Source: a virus
Reading direction: 5' to 3' (one strand)
IMG/VR virus record: IMGVR_UViG_3300031552_000001
Location: 128,138-192,137 of that record
DNA length: 64,000 nucleotides
In this document: piece by piece, positions 46,726-52,941 of the stretch
Layout: the number at the start of each line of letters is the position of its first letter
How positions within the stretch are numbered: position 1 is the first letter of the stretch
Position numbers and translations under genes: made by a program
The notes under the pieces: generated by a model
Seen by the model: only the letters and a program-made list of their open reading frames with translations
Databases searched by the model: none
What the model was told of the DNA's origin: nothing

Positions 46726-47772
46726 GTGGAGAAGTTCTTACTCCTCACTCACCCCAGGGGAAACGGAGACTACCCTATGATTGAGCCAGAAGAAGTTCGC
46801 GCTTTAGTAGTTTGCTCGCCTGAACGTCTAGGCCTCCTAGCCGAGAGTATGGGAATACCTTTTCAGGAAGCGCAAGACATTAGAAGCCAAGCTACTAACT
46901 TGGTACTGGGAAAGTGTTCTTTATGCGGGGCTCCTGCACCGTCAGGCATATGCGAAGAATGCCAAGCTTCCAATTCTTCTATGTTTAACTGCTCAGGAGC
47001 AGAGTTCTTACAGAAGCTGAAGCCCGCAACCGTAGTTCTAAAAAGAACCTGTACAGAATGTAACGCTCCTGTAGCTCTAAGCGCCTCGTACCTGCTTTGG
47101 AAGATTATCAGGAGGCCCGCCGCTAAGCCGAAAGGACTGTGTAAAGCTTGTCTGAAAAACAGAAAAAGCAAAAAAAGAGCGGAGTCTAGCTCTAACGCGG
47201 CAACACGGAGCAGCAACTTCATGTTCCGCCCGTTTGACGGGCATAAGGCCCTCGAGGCTATGAAGGAAACACTACGGAAAACTACCGATAGAAGCGCTAT
47301 AAGCAAAAAAGGCTCAAATACTGAAAAACACAGGGTTTTTCAGGTAAAAGAAGAGTGGACGAGCAAAACGCCCGTCTATAACTCATTTGCACCAGACCTT
47401 CTGGTGTATCCGGAGGAACACATGTCAGAGCAACAAGCAGCTTCGCCTCAAAAAGAAAAACACACAAAAAATCCATTCACAACTGACCCCGGCAAAGTGG
47501 CCAACCTTCTCGGTCAGCTCAGCAGTGCCCCCTCTGCTAAAGAAGCAGAGAAGATTCTCATTGAGAATCGAAAAACTCTCACTGGCGCCTTTCATGACAT
47601 TCGCCGAGCCGAGCGAGTGGGAATGCCTCTGTACGAGAGGTTCTTGAATCGAGCCGCAGAAAACCGTGTTTGGGACAAAATTCGGCTTGCTCGTGACGGC
47701 GTCCTAACGGGCGTAGCATGCGTCTTCGGTTGGAAGGGCCTCAAGTGGGTGATCGGTTACATCCGCTCGTAG
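46726..47772 (+). CDS. multi-zinc-ribbon protein with C-terminal hydrophobic helix (may be two fused units)
   Basis: CSLC, CEEC, CTEC and CKAC motifs. Confidence 0.5.
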   Translation: MEKFLLLTHPRGNGDYPMIEPEEVRALVVCSPERLGLLAESMGIPFQEAQDIRSQATNLVLGKCSLCGAPAPSGICEECQASNSSMFNCSGAEFLQKLKPATVVLKRTCTECNAPVALSASYLLWKIIRRPAAKPKGLCKACLKNRKSKKRAESSSNAATRSSNFMFRPFDGHKALEAMKETLRKTTDRSAISKKGSNTEKHRVFQVKEEWTSKTPVYNSFAPDLLVYPEEHMSEQQAASPQKEKHTKNPFTTDPGKVANLLGQLSSAPSAKEAEKILIENRKTLTGAFHDIRRAERVGMPLYERFLNRAAENRVWDKIRLARDGVLTGVACVFGWKGLKWVIGYIRS

Positions 47773-47785
47773 GCATCAAGCCTGC

Positions 47786-47817
47786 AGCTAGGGTAGAGCG
47801 AAAGCTCTACCCTAGCT
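47786..47817 (+). terminator. 14-bp perfect hairpin with GAAA loop
   Basis: AGCTAGGGTAGAGC-GAAA-GCTCTACCCTAGCT directly after the stop codon. Confidence 0.65.
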
Positions 47818-47845
47818 TCCACTCAACAAGCAACACTTAGCCCGT

Positions 47846-47872
47846 GAAAGCGTCGATGTTTTCGGTATAAGA
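47846..47872 (+). promoter_or_regulatory. phage promoter motif GAAA-N13-CGGTATAAGA
   Basis: Motif match upstream of the structured leader and histone gene. Confidence 0.55.
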
Positions 47873-47960
47873 AAATTGGAACCCAATAGTGGCTCTTACA
47901 TTACCAACAAGAACATTTCCTTAAAACAGTATGAGCCCACTGTTGAGTTGCCTAGTCTCC

Positions 47961-48038
47961 GCGGTGCGGGTTCGGGCTTTCCTAAATTTGTTCCTCCAAT
48001 AAGTGTAGTTCTCCGGGGAAAGTCCGAACCTGCGCCGT
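47961..48038 (+). ncRNA. candidate structured RNA or leader: 23-bp stem with five G-U pairs
   Basis: 47961-47983 pairs with 48016-48038; every non-Watson-Crick position is G-U on the plus strand. Confidence 0.45.
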
Positions 48039-48078
48039 AATTATTGTTTTTTACAACCCACTCCTCTAAGATGCGCTC

Positions 48079-48342
48079 ATGGCCAACAACGACGAAACAA
48101 CAAGCGAAGTACCTCTCCTCGTAAAAATGAGCAAACTCATGGACGTATACAAGAGTATGCAAGAAGAGAACGAGGAAGGAAATATCGTACCTCTAAGAAT
48201 GCATGTGTCTAAGGAGTTCAAAGAAGAGCTCAATGTGTTTATTCATAACACACTCTTTGACTGTGCCGAGCATGCTATTGAAAAAGGAAGAAAGAAGCTA
48301 CTGCCAGAAGACGTGCCTTCGTCTTTACAGTGGGACGAGTAG
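48079..48342 (+). CDS. bacterial-type histone-fold protein (Bd0055-like)
   Basis: PLLVKMSKL...MHVSKEFKEELNVFIHNTLFDCAEHAIEKGRKKLLPEDV matches the alpha1 / alpha2 / A-x-x-x-G-R-K-x-(V/L)-x-x-x-D histone-fold pattern. Confidence 0.72.
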   Translation: MANNDETTSEVPLLVKMSKLMDVYKSMQEENEEGNIVPLRMHVSKEFKEELNVFIHNTLFDCAEHAIEKGRKKLLPEDVPSSLQWDE

Positions 48343-48455
48343 CTTTCAACGCCCAATATAAGAAGTTGGTTGGTTGAGACTTCACCTAAACTCGACGCTT
48401 TAAACGCTCGAGCTTAATGAGCTCCTCCGGAACCTCCGAAGTCTCTACCTTCCAG

Positions 48456-48490
48456 GGGGTGAGCTGTCTCCAGGCGGCTCACCCCTATTT
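48456..48490. terminator. hairpin between convergent genes
   Basis: GGGGTGAGCTG/CGGCTCACCCC followed by TATTTT. Confidence 0.6.
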
Positions 48491-49063
48491 TCTTTTAACC
48501 AGTCCATATACACTTCTGAGAAAAATCACGTCTCTGTCCGTGACTGTATACACCCCGTTAAGCTCCCCGCCATACATGGCGCTTCCATGAATCTTATCAT
48601 GAGTTAATCCAAGGCAATGACCTAACGCGTGGACAAAATCTCGCTCTAATTCTCCGACAGTTTTATGTTTCCATATAGGCTTTACAAATATAGTAGCTTT
48701 GGACAAAGTGCCTCGTTCATCTACCCAATATCTAGTGTACATGGTAGAAAAACTTTTGTCTTCTTTCCTAGATGCCGCCACTACAGAAATTACGTTCGAG
48801 CTTACTCCAACCTCGCCAGGGGTAATAAACAGGGGCAGCCCTACCTTCTTGTTCCAATATGCGGATGCGGAAATCAGGGCCTTTAGCAATTTTCCGTCAT
48901 TTCTCTTGAGTTCTGTACTCACCGCTAAAAGAAGTGGCGGCCACTTTCGATCAAACGACTTTATATCTGGGGGCAGGTACGATAGTTTTCGTCTATAGGG
49001 CCACACCAGCAGTGCCACCATCCCCAGAAGGGTAAGGACCCCTATCGTTCCTAGAAAAAGCAT
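48485..49063 (-). CDS. membrane-anchored matrixin/M10-like metalloprotease homologue with catalytic Glu replaced by Ala
   Basis: N-terminal TM helix; HALGHCLGLTH...SAMY in place of HExxHxxGxxH plus Met-turn. Confidence 0.7.
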   Translation of the reverse strand: MLFLGTIGVLTLLGMVALLVWPYRRKLSYLPPDIKSFDRKWPPLLLAVSTELKRNDGKLLKALISASAYWNKKVGLPLFITPGEVGVSSNVISVVAASRKEDKSFSTMYTRYWVDERGTLSKATIFVKPIWKHKTVGELERDFVHALGHCLGLTHDKIHGSAMYGGELNGVYTVTDRDVIFLRSVYGLVKRK

Positions 49064-49276
49064 TTTCGAATCTCTCCGTGTTCAGTAAGACACTGCCCCG
49101 GAGCGTATCATTACAATGAGAAAGGGCCAATATTTCTATGAAAAGAGAACTCATTTCTAATAAGGGAGACACTAAGGCGCCTCCTTTAAAGTCCGCAGTC
49201 GCTATTGGAGTTGTCTCTTTCCTGGCGGCTTTTCTCTTAATGACGTGTTGAGTGTGCAATAAAGTACACGAAATTT

Positions 49277-49510
49277 TTGAGGATAGGTGAGATGAAGCAC
49301 AAACTTGGAGCCACTGGGGATTTTCCTGAAGGAAAGCTAAACGAGCAAGATAAAGGAGGCCTTAAGCTTGCAGTAGGCGTCAAAAATGGCAAAGTGATAG
49401 TACACTTCGGTAACGAGCCCGTCCTTTGGATAGGCATGAATCCAGAAGACGCTAGGCAACTAGCTGCATTCTTAATATATAAAGCTAACCTCGCCGACCC
49501 ACAATCGTGA
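49277..49510 (+). CDS. conserved phage hypothetical protein
   Basis: LGATGDFPEGKLNEQDKGGL...WIGMNPEDARQLA pattern. Confidence 0.6.
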   Translation: MRIGEMKHKLGATGDFPEGKLNEQDKGGLKLAVGVKNGKVIVHFGNEPVLWIGMNPEDARQLAAFLIYKANLADPQS

Positions 49511-49531
49511 AGAGACTGCTTTTCTATTCCC

Positions 49532-49894
49532 TTAATATCTTACAAGGCGCCGAACCCGTAAGGCGGGGCGCCTCCAGTTTTTGCTCCCAGTTGCAGTTCT
49601 TCTCTTAGTGGGAAATTGTCTAGTCATGTACAAGGCCGGCTTACGCGCTTTCGCGGGCTTAGCAACTCGGACTACATTCACTATCGGGTACTTAACCTTC
49701 TCAACGATCGTGGGAGGACCAGGCTGTACGTACTCTGCGGTAGAATCACTCCAGTGCGTGATGGTCGTTACAGTTACGGAACCGAAACTCGCAGCGGTAG
49801 AATCACTCCAGTATGTGCTGGTCGTTCTTGTATAACAACACGGTTCTGTATAACTATACAAAGAGGCCATTGGGCCAAATACCCGTTTCTGCAA
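49532..49894 (-). CDS. hypothetical low-complexity protein with internal WSDSTA duplication
   Basis: 19-nt direct repeat at 49737 and 49794, 57 nt apart, in frame. Confidence 0.35.
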   Translation of the reverse strand: MQKRVFGPMASLYSYTEPCCYTRTTSTYWSDSTAASFGSVTVTTITHWSDSTAEYVQPGPPTIVEKVKYPIVNVVRVAKPAKARKPALYMTRQFPTKRRTATGSKNWRRPALRVRRLVRY

Positions 49895-49914
49895 AGAAAA
49901 CGCAACAACATAGT

Positions 49915-49973
49915 GATGTAGTCAAATGTAGTCAAACTTCACTGAGTGAGGAATGACTACATTTGACTACATC
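49915..49973. repeat. perfect 20-bp inverted repeat, each arm built from two TGACTACAT boxes
   Basis: GATGTAGTCAAATGTAGTCA (49915-49934) and TGACTACATTTGACTACATC (49954-49973). Confidence 0.95.
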
Positions 49974-50157
49974 CCACAGCAAGCAGGAGTAGGAGTGTCA
50001 ATCTCATACGGAGTGCCCGTTTATACTTATTGTATTAGAGGTCTTCCAGGGTGTAACTGTGGGCTCAATAAGCATCGAGGCTCAGGATGCCCAGGAGCTC
50101 CTGTTTCCAATCGTGAATATCCCACACCAAAAGTAAACACAGACAAAGGAGACGCGG

Positions 50158-51012
50158 ATGAAAGACCCGTTAAATACTATGAGGAAATTGATCGAAGAGG
50201 GGTTAATAAAAGAGACCTTCGTACATCACAAAATCATAGAAGACTACGGGGTACCTGCGCGTCTTCTTGAGCCAGCTCGTGAAGCTGCCTTCTCATTGTT
50301 ACGCACTATGAACGCTACTTGGCGCGCCCCATGCCCTTATTGTGGTAAGGAAATTTTTATAGGGGACGGTATCTCTGGGAATTACGGAGTTAAATGGGGT
50401 CACCCAAAATGTGTTACTGCCTCGTTCGAAACCGGCACCTTACTAGCGTCTAAAGCCAACGCCGACAGAAGGCCGAAAGCTCTTACGAAAAGACTTAGAA
50501 AGTCTAAACAGCCAGAGCGCACGCAGTCTCTTTTGGTAGCTAAAGAAAGAGATCATTTGGCAGAGATTCCCGATTACGGAGATAAGACAAAAGAAATGGA
50601 TATAAACACCTGTAAGTTTCCAAAAGAAACGGTTAAGATTCTAGTAGAAGTCTGCCGAGCATGGCCGAGCCAGCTAGTCGACCCATGCCCATACTTTGCG
50701 CCTATTCACATAACAACTTTACACCTACCGAGAGATCTTCGCTTAAATATTAAGATGCTTCTTATGGATATGAAAAACGAATCCCTAAAATCTAAGACAG
50801 AAAAAATACAAAGAATGTGGGACGTGACGTGGGAAAAATATATTAAACAGTGGTTCGAGCGCTACAAACGGACAATGGTACAAGCTCCCTTCTGTCCGAT
50901 ACACCAACTATCCCATGACCCAAAAGATCATGTTCAATTACACGTACAGACTCTCGACGGCATCGTGCACCGTAAAGAACTATTGTGGTACTGCCCTGTC
51001 AGCGAAAAATAA
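50158..51012 (+). CDS. hypothetical protein with Cys-Pro zinc knuckles
   Basis: AAAGGAG SD; CPYC and CPIH motifs. Confidence 0.6.
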   Translation: MKDPLNTMRKLIEEGLIKETFVHHKIIEDYGVPARLLEPAREAAFSLLRTMNATWRAPCPYCGKEIFIGDGISGNYGVKWGHPKCVTASFETGTLLASKANADRRPKALTKRLRKSKQPERTQSLLVAKERDHLAEIPDYGDKTKEMDINTCKFPKETVKILVEVCRAWPSQLVDPCPYFAPIHITTLHLPRDLRLNIKMLLMDMKNESLKSKTEKIQRMWDVTWEKYIKQWFERYKRTMVQAPFCPIHQLSHDPKDHVQLHVQTLDGIVHRKELLWYCPVSEK

Positions 51013-51032
51013 AATAAGGTAGCGGTATAAGA
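51004..51032 (+). promoter_or_regulatory. phage promoter motif GAAA-N15-CGGTATAAGA
   Basis: Exact geometry; heads the unit containing the receiver gene. Confidence 0.6.
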
Positions 51033-51115
51033 GTAAAGAACAGGATAGAGACCTTCGCAAAAGGCCTCGCAGCCAAAGGCGGACGTTTATCTATCTAACG
51101 GAAGAAACAATCTTC

Positions 51116-51481
51116 TTGCCTCTTACTCTAACCAAAGGAAAAGACATGAATACCGATAACCTTGATGTGGTTGTGTGGAACACTGTCACGAATGAATTCA
51201 CAACAGAGGTCTACGAGGTCAACGAGGATAGGGTGCCTCTACAGGGGGCCCAGCCGATGAGTCGTGCAGAGGGCGCCTCATCACTTCTTGAATACAAAGA
51301 CCTGGAGTGGTTCGTGTCTTCACGGCAGCACGTCTACATCGGCATCCCAAAATTGTTGACCGGCGCGATATCCACTTTTGATTTGGCTTGTGCGGCTGTT
51401 GACGCCATGTTTGGCAGCCCGGAGTCGTTGGAGAAAATCAAAGCGGAACTAGGTCAAGTTTCCGCATTGACCTTTCACTGA
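51116..51481 (+). CDS. hypothetical protein
   Basis: ORF; start probably ATG near 51146. Confidence 0.5.
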   Translation: MPLTLTKGKDMNTDNLDVVVWNTVTNEFTTEVYEVNEDRVPLQGAQPMSRAEGASSLLEYKDLEWFVSSRQHVYIGIPKLLTGAISTFDLACAAVDAMFGSPESLEKIKAELGQVSALTFH

Positions 51482-51494
51482 GCCGGAGGAAATC

Positions 51495-51848
51495 ATGGAT
51501 CAAGTCAAGAAGACTGTACTGATCGTGGACGACGAGCAAAACATCGCAAAGTCGATCTACAGGATGTTCAAAGGGGCGAAGTGGAATCCTCTCATAGCGT
51601 CTTCTGTGTTTGAGGCTCTTCCACTAATCCCCAAGGCTGACGTTATCCTCTCGGATTACGACCTTGGTCCTGGAGGTTGCGGAAAAGACATCATCAAAGC
51701 CGCGGGAAAAATCCCCGTAGTGTTATTCACAGCAACAACAAAAGAAATTGACCATCCTTTCGTAGTGAAAAAACCCTCACCGTTTGAAGACATCTTGGAG
51801 GCAGTATCCAACACCCTTCGTCCGTCTTCCGACATCTTTGAAAAGTAA
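51495..51848 (+). CDS. stand-alone response regulator receiver (CheY-like)
   Basis: VLIVDDE, ILSDYDL (phospho-Asp), VVLFTA, VKKP; CCGGAGG SD. Confidence 0.88.
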   Translation: MDQVKKTVLIVDDEQNIAKSIYRMFKGAKWNPLIASSVFEALPLIPKADVILSDYDLGPGGCGKDIIKAAGKIPVVLFTATTKEIDHPFVVKKPSPFEDILEAVSNTLRPSSDIFEK

Positions 51849-51868
51849 ACGCCTTCTCCGGTATAAGA
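51840..51868 (+). promoter_or_regulatory. phage promoter motif GAAA-N15-CGGTATAAGA
   Basis: Exact geometry. Confidence 0.6.
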
Positions 51869-51915
51869 CAGGTGATAGGCCAGGTATTTCTGCCTGCCGA
51901 CAACCGGAGGAACTC

Positions 51916-52080
51916 ATGGCGAATTTCGTAGTAGTGAAATTGAAATGTCGAAAATGCGGCCGCACGGTTAATCGCGCAAAGAACTCATGCGCATGTGATA
52001 AGCCCGATGTGGAGAAGGTAGAGATACCTGTCTTTACCAAACCAGGTAAGCGGGGTGCTAGAGCGTCGTCCTCTCCATAG
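51916..52080 (+). CDS. 54-aa zinc-ribbon protein MANFVVVKLKCRKC...
   Basis: AACCGGAGG SD; CRKC and CAC motifs. Confidence 0.6.
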   Translation: MANFVVVKLKCRKCGRTVNRAKNSCACDKPDVEKVEIPVFTKPGKRGARASSSP

Positions 52081-52088
52081 CGCCCCGT

Positions 52089-52130
52089 GGGGATTCAGGT
52101 TTAATCGCCTGAATCCCCTATTACTTAGCT
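52089..52130 (+). terminator. hairpin terminator
   Basis: GGGGATTCAGG/CCTGAATCCCC then TATTACTTAGCT. Confidence 0.6.
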
Positions 52131-52137
52131 ATGAGAA

Positions 52138-52165
52138 GCGGGTTCAAATCCCGCTCCCTGTACCA
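52138..52165 (+). pseudogene. isolated tRNA 3-prime fragment (T-arm, acceptor strand, CCA)
   Basis: GCGGG-TTCAAAT-CCCGC-TCCCTGT-A-CCA with no matching 5-prime half found nearby. Confidence 0.6.
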
Positions 52166-52183
52166 AATTTAGCATACCATTTT

Positions 52184-52260
52184 GTCCCCGTAGCTCAGAT
52201 GGATAGAGTTCCTGCCCTCTAAGCAGAGAGTCGAAGGTTCGAGTCCTTCCGGGGACGCCA
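52184..52260 (+). tRNA. tRNA-Arg (TCT), encoded CCA, C at position 33
   Basis: GTCCCCG/CGGGGAC acceptor stem, D-arm, CCTGC-CCTCTAA-GCAGA, TTCGAGT T-loop. Confidence 0.9.
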
Positions 52261-52287
52261 AAATGGAGCAGCTTTCGAACGATAAGA
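52259..52287 (+). promoter_or_regulatory. phage promoter-like motif CAAA-N15-AACGATAAGA upstream of tRNA-Ile2
   Basis: Motif geometry; ends 8 nt before the tRNA. Confidence 0.45.
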
Positions 52288-52295
52288 CTTTACAC

Positions 52296-52372
52296 GGACC
52301 TGTAGCTCAGACGGTTAGAGCAAGCGGCTCATAACCGCACGGTCGGGGGTTCGACTCCCTCCGGGTCCACCA
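52296..52372 (+). tRNA. tRNA with CAT anticodon, most likely tRNA-Ile2 (lysidine) rather than Met
   Basis: GGACCTG/CGGGTCC acceptor stem, A73, GCGG-CTCATAA-CCGC; resembles bacterial Ile2 (GGACC...GGCTCATAACC...GGTCCACCA); lacks initiator features. Confidence 0.8.
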
Positions 52373-52379
52373 AAACGCG

Positions 52380-52456
52380 GGTTGTGTAGCTCAGTAGGTC
52401 AGAGCGCCGGTCTCCAAAACCGGAGGTCGTGGGTTCGACTCCCGCCCTTCCCGCCA
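52380..52456 (+). tRNA. tRNA-Trp (CCA) with poorly paired acceptor stem (possible pseudo-tRNA)
   Basis: Canonical CCGGT-CTCCAAA-ACCGG arm and T-arm; acceptor GGTTGTG versus CCTTCCC has three mismatches. Confidence 0.7.
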
Positions 52457-52479
52457 CTTCTACAAATTGGGGGCTAAAC

Positions 52480-52619
52480 GGATAGGCCCTTTCTTGGCCA
52501 ACTATTTGTCGAATAAAGTCGGACTTGTCCGAGCTTACCGCATACGCCCTCGGCTTCATGTCACCGAAAGAAACGGTGCGTAAGTACATAATAGTTGGCC
52601 AAGAAAAGGTCTCATATCC
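52480..52619. ncRNA. candidate 140-nt multi-stem RNA directly after the tRNA cluster
   Basis: 17-bp perfect stem 52490-52506/52590-52606 with extensions, enclosing TCGGA/TCCGA and CACCG/CGGTG hairpins. Confidence 0.5.
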
Positions 52620-52671
52620 TATTTTCTAGAAATGGGGGGCCGGCAACAAACAACACAGAAAGGTATTTGTT

Positions 52672-52908
52672 ATGATTGTTGAAGTGAAGTCACAAGAAGT
52701 GGATTACCAAAGAGCCGAGGAACTGCACATCGACGGCGAGCGTCGTTTAAGCGCACGCGATTTAGCCGAAGACGCCCCCGAAGACGCTACACTTTCGCGA
52801 AGTATGATCAGCTGTACAGAGGTGGCAGAATACATAAAGCTCGGTTTTGATGCTGCAAAGCGCGGAGAGACGTTAGAGATAAGGTACTCAAAGGTTGACG
52901 ACCTGTAA
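52672..52908 (+). CDS. conserved phage hypothetical protein
   Basis: APEDATLSRS...GFDAAKRGE pattern. Confidence 0.6.
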   Translation: MIVEVKSQEVDYQRAEELHIDGERRLSARDLAEDAPEDATLSRSMISCTEVAEYIKLGFDAAKRGETLEIRYSKVDDL

Positions 52909-52941
52909 GCCCGCCAAGAGCTTTTACTTCTATCAAATCAA

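Noticed and set aside
49737-49812. 19-nt direct repeat GCGGTAGAATCACTCCAGT twice, resembling a mini CRISPR array
   Set aside because: Only two copies, 57 nt apart and in frame with a WSDSTA peptide repeat; no cas genes or leader
49953-50270. 105-aa plus-strand ORF starting inside the inverted repeat
   Set aside because: The SD is too close to the ATG and buried in the hairpin, and it overlaps the better supported 50158 gene by 113 nt; left unannotated
51035-51115. Structured leader as a known riboswitch
   Set aside because: Short stems are present, but no match to the c-di-GMP, c-di-AMP, ZTP, fluoride or preQ1 consensus as I recall them
52184-52260. tRNA loop CCTCTAA read as a CTA amber suppressor, implying stop-codon recoding
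   Set aside because: The stem register places TCT at 34-36; long ORFs are intact under the standard code and many genes end cleanly at TAG
52329-52589. Minus-strand 86-aa ORF in the track
   Set aside because: Antisense shadow of tRNA genes and the structured RNA
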